From a virus (Duplodnaviria > Caudoviricetes), in IMG/VR virus record IMGVR_UViG_3300021399_000113, positions 1 to 64,000 of that record: a stretch of DNA of 64,000 nt; one strand, 5' to 3'. Under the pieces are notes generated by a model, which was not told the DNA's origin, made no database searches, and saw only the letters and a list, made by a program, of their open reading frames with translations. The position numbers and the translations under genes were made by a program. This document shows, in pieces, positions 39,842-49,594 of this stretch. Within the stretch, counting starts at the first letter, position 1. Every line of letters starts with the position of its first letter.

Positions 39842-40751
39842 GGAATTAAAGCAGACAATTGAAAAGGGGAGCTGTCCATATCATGCTTTGATATTTGATT
39901 GTTCAAAGAGTGGGACGTTTATTGCAGAGCAATACATCAAGCAGATTGCTTTATTATTAAATAAAGACGTTGTTGGAATAGATGACCTTTCAGTTGTAGA
40001 ATCTGTCAACGACATGTTTTATGTGTCAGATAATAACGTACATGTGTATCATACAGATAACCTTGAAAAGTTGGACTATACAGATGCAGAGTTGTCGGAT
40101 TACTTTGTCTACATCATCGCAGATAAGGTGGATAAGACTATCAAAGAGCATTCAATCTATGTAGCACTTCCAGAATTAGAAGAGTGGTGTTTAAAGGATT
40201 TATTGTTCTCTTGCTGTGAGGGGGCAGATGAAGATGACCTTGAAAAACTTTTTAATCTGGTAAAAGCTAATCCTTTTAGAGTACAGCAAGAGATAGATAG
40301 GTTGTCCCTATTTCCTTCAGTTGAGCGTAAATACACGCTTAAAAGTTTTCTGTCCGATGGAATATATGATGATTTAAACACAGACACCACATTTGAGTTG
40401 GTCAATGCAATCTTACATAAAGACCGAAAAAAGATTGTGGTGATGCTTAAAAATCTTGATAAGATGGATATAAATGGATTTGGTTTGGCAAGTTTATTGT
40501 ACACACAATTTCGAAATGTAATTCTGGTGCAGTTATCCAAGACAAAAACAACAGAAGTTACTGGGTTACCATCAAATCAGATATACGCAATAAATAAATA
40601 TTCCACTGGGTACTACTCAAAAGACCAATTATTAAGTATATTTAAGCTGTTAACAGATGTACCTACATTGGTTAAGATGGGTAAACTTCCAGCGGAAGAT
40701 ATGATAAATTATATAATTATAAAAATAATGTTAATCGGAGGAATGACATAA
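39831..40751 (+). CDS. holA: clamp loader delta-like subunit
   Basis: QEIDRL, FELVNAIL..D, VKMG C-terminus; position after dnaX-holB. Confidence 0.7.
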   Translation: MSIEELKQTIEKGSCPYHALIFDCSKSGTFIAEQYIKQIALLLNKDVVGIDDLSVVESVNDMFYVSDNNVHVYHTDNLEKLDYTDAELSDYFVYIIADKVDKTIKEHSIYVALPELEEWCLKDLLFSCCEGADEDDLEKLFNLVKANPFRVQQEIDRLSLFPSVERKYTLKSFLSDGIYDDLNTDTTFELVNAILHKDRKKIVVMLKNLDKMDINGFGLASLLYTQFRNVILVQLSKTKTTEVTGLPSNQIYAINKYSTGYYSKDQLLSIFKLLTDVPTLVKMGKLPAEDMINYIIIKIMLIGGMT

Positions 40752-40880
40752 TGGCTGTGAATGAAGGACGTCTGATAACACATATTTTAAACGATATGAA
40801 GATTTTAATTTAGAGGAACAAACTCTAATAAAAGAAAAATTTACAGAATATTTTAATTAAGAAAGGAGTTATATATAGTC

Positions 40881-41661
40881 ATGTCAGTACGTGATAATTT
40901 AGGAACACGGCTTAAGACTAATTATGAGTCAGTGCCAAAAACTAAGTTAATGAAAAGAACGCCAGTGGCTATACGTCTTTGACGGCAAAGCCTTCCACAC
41001 CTTTACAAGAGGTATGAGAAAGCCATTTGACGCTATCCTTATGAATTCAATGCAGACAACTATGAGGTATTTGTGTGAACACATCCAAGGTTGTGTTTTT
41101 GGATATACTCAGTCAGATGAAATTACTTTGATTTTAACTGACTATGATAAGTTGACTACAGATGCTTGGTTTGATTATGAAGTACAGAAAGTGTGCAGTA
41201 TTTCAGCTTCTATGGCAACGATGATTTTTAATAAAGCTTTCTCTCAAGCAGTACGAAATTATTCTCTTATGGATTACATTGACATTGATGATAATTATTA
41301 CGATGCATTGTGCAAAGCTGTTAGTGCAGGTGCAATGTTTGATTCTCGTTGCTTCAATATTCCTAAAGAAGAAGTTGCAAATCTTGTGTGGTGGAGGGTG
41401 ATTGACGCTGTTAGAAATTCTATTCAGATGGTGGGTCAGGCAAATTTCAGTCACGCAGAATTGCAGAATAAAAGTCAGAATGATATTAAGCAGATGCTGT
41501 TGGAACAGAAGAATATCTGTTGGGAAGATTTTACCAGTGACTGTAAGAATGGTCTTTGCTATGCTAAGCTTGCAGATGGTTGGACAAGGATTGATACACC
41601 TTTTACACGTGTAGAATTAGGAGCATTGATTGACCCATTGGTATTTAAAGGAGAGCAGTAA
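40881..41661 (+). CDS. thg1: tRNA(His) guanylyltransferase Thg1-like (needs +1 frameshift at CTT-TGA, 40977-40982)
   Basis: Joined frames give RLDGKAFHTFT; QSDEI, FDSR, DA.RNS; AAGGAG RBS before ATG 40881. Confidence 0.85.
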
Positions 41662-41894
41662 TGCAGAACCTCATTGAAATATGGCAACCACGTTATCACG
41701 ATAAGAAAGTCCTCATTGCCACCTTTAAGGTGTGCAGTGGGGATAATTATATCAAGTTCACTAAGGATAAAAGACTTGCTGGGAAAGTATACAAATGCAG
41801 TGGAGATGTAATTCGTAAATGCCCTATAGAGAGCAATGGGAAGATAGCGTGTTTTGCTGTCCCTATGGAAAATCTTGAATTGGAGTTAGTATGA
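41661..41894 (+). CDS. hypothetical protein
   Basis: AGGAG RBS, TAATG coupling. Confidence 0.7.
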   Translation: MQNLIEIWQPRYHDKKVLIATFKVCSGDNYIKFTKDKRLAGKVYKCSGDVIRKCPIESNGKIACFAVPMENLELELV

Positions 41895-42898
41895 AGTTTG
41901 CTGTAATCGGAGATGTGCATTGGAGCACATATTCATCTATTGTAAGAGGACGTGGAGAGAAATATTCCAAGCGTTTGGAAAATCTTATTGACACAATAAA
42001 TTGGTGTGAATCTGAGGCTGAAAAGAGAAAGGTCGATGCTGTTGTATATCTTGGAGATTTCTTCGATAAAGCAGAATTGACAAGTGAAGAAATCACAGCC
42101 CTCAAAGAAATTAACTGGAGCAATCGAAACAATTTGGGTAAGACAGAACATCTGTTCCTTGTAGGAAATCATGAGATTGGATTACATGACAACTCTTTCA
42201 GTACTTGTGAACTGTTTGGGCTTTTATTCTCTGAGGTTATGGATAAACCCATGACTATAAAGGCAAGTAATGGAACAGTTATGGGATTCTTGCCTTATGT
42301 TTCCGAAAGTGACAGATTACCTTTAACAGAACTGTTTCCAGACAGATGTGATGTTATATTTTCCCATAACGATTTAATCTGTCAGTATGGAATGTACAAG
42401 TCTACTGTTGGATATGACCCAGCAGATATAGAAAAAGTCTGCGGTTTATTTATCAATGGACACATCCATAACTATAATGAGATGGGAAATATTATCAATC
42501 TTGGTAACATTACTGGACAGAATTTCAGTGAAGATGGAACAGTCTATCCACATCATATGATGTTTTTAGATACAGTCGAAAAGAGCGTTGAGTTCGTAGA
42601 GAACCCTCATGCGCTGTATTTTTATAAAGTTGATTTTGATGGGTCTGATTATGAACCTTTTGATAATCACAGCGTAGTTACAGTTAAGTGTTCATTAGAG
42701 AATGTAGAGAAGGCGAAAGCTCTTGTAGCAAATGCATTAGCATCAAGAATAGTGATTACAAGGGATGAAGCTGTATCTGATGTATCAATAACAGAGTTGC
42801 AGACTGTTGACCATTTACAGAAGTTCGCAGAATTTGTACATCAGACTGTTGGTACAAGTGAAGCTGTTGACGAAGAGTTAAAGAGGGTACTTGCGTGA
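41891..42898 (+). CDS. sbcD: SbcD/Mre11-like nuclease (T4 gp47-like)
   Basis: GDVH, LGDFFD, GNHE, GHIH. Confidence 0.88.
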   Translation: MKFAVIGDVHWSTYSSIVRGRGEKYSKRLENLIDTINWCESEAEKRKVDAVVYLGDFFDKAELTSEEITALKEINWSNRNNLGKTEHLFLVGNHEIGLHDNSFSTCELFGLLFSEVMDKPMTIKASNGTVMGFLPYVSESDRLPLTELFPDRCDVIFSHNDLICQYGMYKSTVGYDPADIEKVCGLFINGHIHNYNEMGNIINLGNITGQNFSEDGTVYPHHMMFLDTVEKSVEFVENPHALYFYKVDFDGSDYEPFDNHSVVTVKCSLENVEKAKALVANALASRIVITRDEAVSDVSITELQTVDHLQKFAEFVHQTVGTSEAVDEELKRVLA

Positions 42899-44874
42899 AT
42901 ATAAGATTTAAGAAGATACATCTATATAATTTTCAGTCCTTTCACGAGGCAGATGTTATTTTAGATAATCAAAATTACACAATAATCAATGGTATAAATA
43001 ACAGCCTTGTTGATAATGCTAAATCAAATGGCAGTGGTAAGTCTACTATATTTTCTGCCATCTCTTGGGTATTAACAGGTGAGACAGTAAATGGGGCAAA
43101 AGACATTTGTAACAAAACCTATGCAGATGAGGGATGTTTAGTCAGCCTTGACCTTGTAGTTGATAACAAAGAGTACACAATTACAAGAACAAAAGACCAT
43201 AAAGAGTACAAGACCAATCTGTTTATTTATATTGATGGTGAAAATAAGTCTGGTAAGGGTATTAGAGATAGTGAGAAGTTATTAGCAGAATATCTTCCAG
43301 ATTTAACGTCTTCATTGATTGGGTCAGTAATTATCCTTGGGCAAGGCTTGCCTCAGAAGTTCACAAATAACACTCCAAGTGGAAGAAAAGAAGTTCTTGA
43401 AAAGTTATCTAAATCAGATTTCATGATAGAGGATTTAAAGGCTCGTGTAAGCACGAGAAAGGCAGAATTAGCCAGTGAACAGCGTAACTTGGAAGATTGT
43501 GTACTTAAATCTAAGACACGCTTAGAAATGCAAAATAAACGCATTGCAGAGGCAGACGCATATTTAAATAATCCTCAAAATAAATCCGAAATTCAATCTC
43601 AGATAGCTGAAGAGGAAGAAACCCTTAAGAAACTTGGTACAGAGATTGATGATAAGGTAAATGGAAATAACTGTTTGCGTAACTCTTTGAACGAAGCATA
43701 TTCTCAGTATAATGAATTTTTATCACAGATAAACACTAAACAGTCAGAGATACATGATAAATATGCTGAACAGATGGATGGTGTAAGAAGCTCTTTTGCT
43801 GAGAAGAAGCAATCAGCCACGAATGTAGTTAACGAGCAGACCGCAATATTAAGTCAGTTAAAATCTGAATTATCTGTAAAGCAATCTGAATTTGTAAAGT
43901 TGGTACGTATTACAGATGTATGTCCAGTATGTAAGCAGAAGCTAATTGGGGTTGAGAAGCCAGATACAACTGCAATTAAATTAGAGATTGATGATTTGAA
44001 AGACAAGATTGATAAACAGACCACAGTTGTTGATAGAGCAAAAGAGGCAAGCAACTTGTTTGTACAGTCTGAACAAACAAGTTTAAATGAGATTAAGCAG
44101 AAAGAAACCGAAGAATTAAATAATTATAAACAATCCATAGCGGAGCGTGAGCAAGAGTTTAACACCATAATCAAAGAGTTAAACACTAAAGTAAGTAATA
44201 GCACCGATGAGATAAACGCATTACAGAAATCTAAATCCAAACTGACTGATGAGATAAACAAATTAAAGACTGTATTAAGTAGCATTGACTCTCAGATTGC
44301 ATATTACACACAGATGAAGACTGAGGCTGAGGCAGACGTTAAGGCTATCACTGATGAGATTGAAACAAAGAACGCAGAACTCACACGTGTTGCTGAATCT
44401 GTCCAAATTAATTCTAAGTTTAATACTTTGTTGACCAGAGATTTTAGAGGATATTTACTTTCTGATATAATCACATATATTGATAACAAAGCAAAAGAGT
44501 ATTGTCAGATTGTGTTTGATAATAAAAACCTTAAAGTATATCTGAACGGAAATAACATAGATATTGAGTGCCAAGGAAAAGAGTATGCATCATTATCTGG
44601 TGGCGAACAGCAAAAAGTTGACTTGATTATACAGTTTGCCATAAGGGATATGTTGAGCACATATCTCAACTTCTCGTGCAATATCATAGCACTTGATGAG
44701 ATTATGGACTTTGTAGATGCAGTTGGCTGTGATAACATTATCAATCTTGTACAAGAGGCTTGCAAAGATGTATCAAGTATATTTATTATCACACATCATA
44801 CAGAACTTAATTTGCCATGTGATAACACAATTTCCATTGTAAAGAGTGCTGAGGGGATTAGTTCTATACAATAA
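42895..44874 (+). CDS. sbcC: SbcC/Rad50-like ATPase (T4 gp46-like)
   Basis: NGSGKS, coiled coil with CPVC hook, LSGGE, LDE, ITH. Confidence 0.92.
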   Translation: MNIRFKKIHLYNFQSFHEADVILDNQNYTIINGINNSLVDNAKSNGSGKSTIFSAISWVLTGETVNGAKDICNKTYADEGCLVSLDLVVDNKEYTITRTKDHKEYKTNLFIYIDGENKSGKGIRDSEKLLAEYLPDLTSSLIGSVIILGQGLPQKFTNNTPSGRKEVLEKLSKSDFMIEDLKARVSTRKAELASEQRNLEDCVLKSKTRLEMQNKRIAEADAYLNNPQNKSEIQSQIAEEEETLKKLGTEIDDKVNGNNCLRNSLNEAYSQYNEFLSQINTKQSEIHDKYAEQMDGVRSSFAEKKQSATNVVNEQTAILSQLKSELSVKQSEFVKLVRITDVCPVCKQKLIGVEKPDTTAIKLEIDDLKDKIDKQTTVVDRAKEASNLFVQSEQTSLNEIKQKETEELNNYKQSIAEREQEFNTIIKELNTKVSNSTDEINALQKSKSKLTDEINKLKTVLSSIDSQIAYYTQMKTEAEADVKAITDEIETKNAELTRVAESVQINSKFNTLLTRDFRGYLLSDIITYIDNKAKEYCQIVFDNKNLKVYLNGNNIDIECQGKEYASLSGGEQQKVDLIIQFAIRDMLSTYLNFSCNIIALDEIMDFVDAVGCDNIINLVQEACKDVSSIFIITHHTELNLPCDNTISIVKSAEGISSIQ

Positions 44875-44939
44875 ACATATATAGGTTATGCTCTATGAGT
44901 TGTATATATTTATATATAACGAAATAGGAGCATAACTTT

Positions 44940-45734
44940 ATGTACTTTGAACCAGTAAGGGGAATGACAATAACAGATATGTGTATTTGGGTGGATGCCC
45001 ATATGCACGACAAAGATTGTGATGATGACCTTTTATTCAAATATTTATATTTTATTTGTGTAGGGACATTCTGTAAACAAAAAAGCTTTCAAACAAAAGA
45101 GTTGTTCGAGGATTTCTGTTTTTATGACGCAACAAAGATTTGGGAGAGGATACGAAATAAAGACCTTCCAAAATTTGATAGGTCAGTGTTAAATTATATT
45201 AAGGCAACTTTTGTAGCCCATAAAGCCCAATTTTTTAAAGAAGTGCTTTATGATACACAAACGTTGGTTTCTATTGAAGACTTGCAATCTAAAGGAATAG
45301 AACTGTATCGACCCTCTTATACACAGACACAGACCGATTTTAGATTAACACTGGAGAATATTTCTAACATTGTTAAATCTCATTTGAAGTATCGGGTTAA
45401 GCATAAATACTTGTGGAATGATATTTATATCTCATGTTTGGCAAGTTTAATATCAGCGATTACACCACATAGTATTAGAGAGAAATCATATTCAAATCTT
45501 ATAAATAATAATTATCCATATAGTGTAGATGGGTTAGCACGTATCTACGAGCAAGAAGAAAGTGAGATAGTACTGTTTAGGTTAGATGAATCTTATCGTG
45601 GGTACATCAATGTTTTAGTTAAAGAATTGAAACGTAAGATAGCAAAAGAGTTATCACAATGTGTCGATTGTAGTATTGACTATGATTATGGAACAGCACA
45701 CCTTGTAACAACGGAGCACAGTGAAGATGAATAG
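44940..45734 (+). CDS. hypothetical protein, possible sigma-like regulator
   Basis: Solid ORF; function tentative. Confidence 0.5.
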   Translation: MYFEPVRGMTITDMCIWVDAHMHDKDCDDDLLFKYLYFICVGTFCKQKSFQTKELFEDFCFYDATKIWERIRNKDLPKFDRSVLNYIKATFVAHKAQFFKEVLYDTQTLVSIEDLQSKGIELYRPSYTQTQTDFRLTLENISNIVKSHLKYRVKHKYLWNDIYISCLASLISAITPHSIREKSYSNLINNNYPYSVDGLARIYEQEESEIVLFRLDESYRGYINVLVKELKRKIAKELSQCVDCSIDYDYGTAHLVTTEHSEDE

Positions 45735-46089
45735 AAAACTATTAGAAAAAATGTCATCCAATGACGTGTACAATTTTTTGTTGTTTGGGTTATCTATGAT
45801 TAAAAACGACCCAAATTATTGTACATTGGCTGAGATGATTTATATATTGGACAAGAACACTTTGCTTAAATTGCTTGAATATTATGGTGGGCAAACAATC
45901 ACCATTCCAACAATAGATGAGATGGAGGAACTGCTTTGTGCTCTTAATATATATCAGCAAGTGTCTTTTGAAGGTAGTGACTTTGATACAGAATTAACAA
46001 AAGTTCCAAACTATGTAAGCAAGAAAAATGTTACAGAGCTTTACAAAAAGTTGGAAATTGTTTTGCAAAATTACAGATTTAAGAGGTAA
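45721..46089 (+). CDS. Mor/C-like transcription regulator
   Basis: KLLEYYGGQTITIP resembles Mor L...GG..IYIP motif. Confidence 0.5.
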   Translation: MKMNRKLLEKMSSNDVYNFLLFGLSMIKNDPNYCTLAEMIYILDKNTLLKLLEYYGGQTITIPTIDEMEELLCALNIYQQVSFEGSDFDTELTKVPNYVSKKNVTELYKKLEIVLQNYRFKR

Positions 46090-46264
46090 CATAAAAAATG
46101 AATAGTAACATAAAAGATGTTATTAATGAATTATCTCGTTACCATCGTAATAAAGATGAATTGTATGTAATGTATGTACAAGAGCGATTAAATACATCTG
46201 TTAAAAATTATGAGCATGACTTGAACTTATTGCTTAAAACAGTTAGCATAAAGGAACTGATAAA

Positions 46265-46597
46265 ATGACTGATACAGTTGATATTTTGAAAGAAAGTTTA
46301 CCACTTACTACAATGTCCTCACGAAGTATGGATAATATAGTAAGTATCATAGAATATTGTATATGTAATAATATTGCCACTAAATGTAATCACGATGAGG
46401 ATATTATTCACTGTGACATTGGGCTTGGGATGCTACATATACAGTGGGATAAAGACAATTTAAAAATGAATTTTTCGCCTAATGGAACATTTGAGTCTTA
46501 TATCAAAGACGCTATCAATGGTGATGACGCATTGGTAAAAGCACTTGAAAATTCCCTTAATAGCAAGATTATTCGTGTATATAAGGAATTGATGTAA
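46265..46597 (+). CDS. hypothetical protein
   Basis: AAGGA RBS. Confidence 0.7.
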   Translation: MTDTVDILKESLPLTTMSSRSMDNIVSIIEYCICNNIATKCNHDEDIIHCDIGLGMLHIQWDKDNLKMNFSPNGTFESYIKDAINGDDALVKALENSLNSKIIRVYKELM

Positions 46598-46598
46598 T

Positions 46599-47132
46599 AT
46601 GGAAGAACCGATTAGTAATGTTATTGTAGAGGATTTATCAGAAGATAAGTTGCTGGCTGACACTTTATCGGAAGTTGATGTAGATAAAACACGACAGTTA
46701 GTTAATCTGTTTAATGCGAATGAGTCCAAGAAGAGCATGGTTAGGCTTAATAAGTTAAACACGCTCTATGATAATATTACTACTCAAATGATTAAACGAT
46801 TTGACAATGTGCCAGATAATTTTAGCAATGACGATTTAGTTAAATTCCTTAAAGTAACACAAGATGCAATAGAGAAAACTACAAATCTAATGAATAAAGT
46901 TAATGACGCTCCAGAAATTCAGCTTCAGCAGAACAACCAAGTTAACATTACTGTTAATAATAATGGTGGGCAAGAAGGATTGGACAGAGCATCAAGAGAC
47001 AGAATATTAGATGTTGTTAAAAATATATTGAAACAGAACCAATTACAAACTGTACCAAAATCTGATGATGAAGAAATTGATGATGATGTGTTGTCTGAGG
47101 ATTTATACAGAATTGAAGAGGATGATGCATGA
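46599..47132 (+). CDS. hypothetical protein, possible terminase small subunit
   Basis: Two helices then QQNNQVNITV strand, a TerS-like layout; no TerL nearby. Confidence 0.4.
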   Translation: MEEPISNVIVEDLSEDKLLADTLSEVDVDKTRQLVNLFNANESKKSMVRLNKLNTLYDNITTQMIKRFDNVPDNFSNDDLVKFLKVTQDAIEKTTNLMNKVNDAPEIQLQQNNQVNITVNNNGGQEGLDRASRDRILDVVKNILKQNQLQTVPKSDDEEIDDDVLSEDLYRIEEDDA

Positions 47133-48376
47133 CAATAAACGAACAAGATTACTTTAAATTAATGCCAAACGAAAGTTTGTCATCTTTTTGGGAGCGTATT
47201 TATGACTATAAAGATGAGTACGATTTAACATGGTTTGACATTGCTAAAAAGATTACCGCCTATACTGATAGGGAATATAACTCAGAGCAGTGCAGAAAGC
47301 AGTGTGCATACTGGAGAGCAAAATCTGCAAATGATATAATCATTCCAGAGTTCCTTGGAAAAGAACGTGCAGAGGCTTTACACGAGAACACTACAGAGGT
47401 TAATGAATTGTTTGAACAGCAGTTAGCCTTAAAGAAGTTGAAAGTACAGATTTCAGACGAGCGTAATCAGACTAATGCATATATCAGACAGTTATCAAGA
47501 GAAGAGACTTTAAAGGATATTGCAAAGGCATATGCTGAGACAATGGAATTAAGAAAACCACTGCCATTAGAGTTTATGCCACACACAATACAATGTGGTG
47601 ATGAAGCAATCCTTTTAATATCTGACTGGCATTTTGGCATTGAGATAAACAATAGTTGGAATATCTATAATCCAGAAGTTGCACGAAAAAGAATAAATAA
47701 CCTTATTGACAAAGTGGGAAACTTGTGTTATAATAGGGGTGTACATAAGTTACATATAGTTAATCTTGGTGACTTAATCTCTGGTAGAATTCATATGCAA
47801 TTACGAATAGCTAACAGAGAGGATATTATACAACAAACAATGGATGTCGCAGAAATCCTTGATAGTATGATTTGTACATTCGTATCATCTTACGGATTAT
47901 CTGTATCATATTACGACTGTTTAGATAACCATAGTAGAGTGGAGTCAAACAAGAAAGAATCACTTGACCTTGAATCTATGGTTAGAATAATTAAGTGGTA
48001 TCTTAAATCTCGTTATAAAGATGTTGATGATTCTGTCGTTGAGATTGTTGATAATGAGTTTGCAGAAGATATAATCTCCTTTAATTGTATGGGTCATAAG
48101 ATTGGTGGTGTACATGGAGACAAAGACAGTGTAAGTAAAGTTATTAGCAACTTAACACTGTTGACAAAAGAACCTTTTGAGTTGATTGTATCAGCACACA
48201 TACATCATTTTACCTGTGATGAACAAAATGGGTGCATTCTGATAGTTAATCCATCTCTTATGGGTGCAGATGATTACGCTTTATCATTAAGATGTAATAG
48301 CAAGCCTGCTCAAACACTCATATTCCCAAGTAAAGATAACGTGTGTGAGTGTATATATAAATTAGATTTATCATAA
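47129..48376 (+). CDS. calcineurin-like metallophosphoesterase
   Basis: SDWH, LGDL, NH, HGD, AHIH. Confidence 0.85.
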   Translation: MTINEQDYFKLMPNESLSSFWERIYDYKDEYDLTWFDIAKKITAYTDREYNSEQCRKQCAYWRAKSANDIIIPEFLGKERAEALHENTTEVNELFEQQLALKKLKVQISDERNQTNAYIRQLSREETLKDIAKAYAETMELRKPLPLEFMPHTIQCGDEAILLISDWHFGIEINNSWNIYNPEVARKRINNLIDKVGNLCYNRGVHKLHIVNLGDLISGRIHMQLRIANREDIIQQTMDVAEILDSMICTFVSSYGLSVSYYDCLDNHSRVESNKKESLDLESMVRIIKWYLKSRYKDVDDSVVEIVDNEFAEDIISFNCMGHKIGGVHGDKDSVSKVISNLTLLTKEPFELIVSAHIHHFTCDEQNGCILIVNPSLMGADDYALSLRCNSKPAQTLIFPSKDNVCECIYKLDLS

Positions 48377-48468
48377 GTTCAATTCACATAAAATACAAAA
48401 TAACAAATAATTGAGAGTCCAGCGGTAAGTCCCATAGAGGTAAGACGTTGGTAAGACAAGGAGAACAC

Positions 48469-48888
48469 ATGAAGTATTACAGTGAAATTTTAAACAAGAA
48501 TTTTGATTCTGAAAAGGAATGTCGTAAGGCAGAGGAAGATTACAAGAAGAATCAGTATCAGCAGAAAGCATCAAGAAAGCTGTATGCTGACAAGATTGCA
48601 GTAGCAGAGGGAAAGATTGCTGACGCTAAGAAGTTTCAGAATGAAGCAAAAGCAAAGATTGAAGCAATTCAGAAAGAGGCTTTGCTTGAGATTGCTGAGG
48701 TTAAGGATGAAGTAAATCAGAAACTTGCCGATGCTTACGATGAGTACAATAAGGCTTTGAAGGAGTTCACAGACAAGTTCGGAACTTACACAAAGACCTA
48801 TACAGGCAAGGATGCAGAGAATTATATCCGCAATACCTATGGAGACCTTAACACTCTGCTTGATGCATTTGTTTCGCATCTGTATTAA
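48469..48888 (+). CDS. coiled-coil hypothetical protein
   Basis: AAGGAG RBS before ATG 48469. Confidence 0.75.
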   Translation: MKYYSEILNKNFDSEKECRKAEEDYKKNQYQQKASRKLYADKIAVAEGKIADAKKFQNEAKAKIEAIQKEALLEIAEVKDEVNQKLADAYDEYNKALKEFTDKFGTYTKTYTGKDAENYIRNTYGDLNTLLDAFVSHLY

Positions 48889-48944
48889 TTAAGAAAATAA
48901 ATCGTGAATGAACTTATGACTAATAATTTGATGTGAAATAATAT

Positions 48945-48978
48945 GGTGCACAATGGTTAGTCGTTGTGCACCTTTTTT
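48945..48978 (+). terminator. rho-independent terminator
   Basis: GGTGCACA/TGTGCACC + T6. Confidence 0.8.
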
Positions 48979-48989
48979 GTGAGGAAAGT

Positions 48990-49325
48990 ATGTCAGTTAA
49001 ACATGTAAAAGAATATTATGACACAATGTGTAGTCAGTACCATGAGTTGTGTGATGGTTTGAGGGAGTTCGAGGAATTATGTGACAGCAATATAATTTCT
49101 CCAGAGCGTCTTGAAAATATGAAGAAGATGGTAGAGCCATTAAGAAACAATTATCAAACTCTATCATATATTATGTATTTGCTTAATATGCCGAACAGAA
49201 AAGAAAGGCAAAAGAAATACGAGAAAATGCATAAGAAGTTTCTTGGGATGATAGATGACGCTAACACAAAGCAAGGCAAGATTGATGAAAATAAAAAGGT
49301 GTTAAAGGATTTAAAGGACGCATAA
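48990..49325 (+). CDS. hypothetical protein
   Basis: GAGGA RBS. Confidence 0.7.
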   Translation: MSVKHVKEYYDTMCSQYHELCDGLREFEELCDSNIISPERLENMKKMVEPLRNNYQTLSYIMYLLNMPNRKERQKKYEKMHKKFLGMIDDANTKQGKIDENKKVLKDLKDA

Positions 49326-49591
49326 TGGAAGAGTTTTTAGAGAGCATAGGTATCTATGACATCGGAGAGTATGATAAAAAGAACACTTATGTTATTGATA
49401 TAGATAATTCTAATGAGTATGACAAGATGTTAAATAAACTTGAAAAGTCTGACAAGTTAGATGTAGATGATGAGAGTTGTCTGATGACTATACATAATGC
49501 AAGTACACAATTTACTTCTGATGATTATATCGTCACAATTTTAGCTAACTTTGATGATGATACATACAAATTAACAGTTAAAGAAAGGTAA
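49325..49591 (+). CDS. hypothetical acidic protein
   Basis: TAATG coupling. Confidence 0.7.
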   Translation: MEEFLESIGIYDIGEYDKKNTYVIDIDNSNEYDKMLNKLEKSDKLDVDDESCLMTIHNASTQFTSDDYIVTILANFDDDTYKLTVKER

Positions 49592-49594
49592 TTT

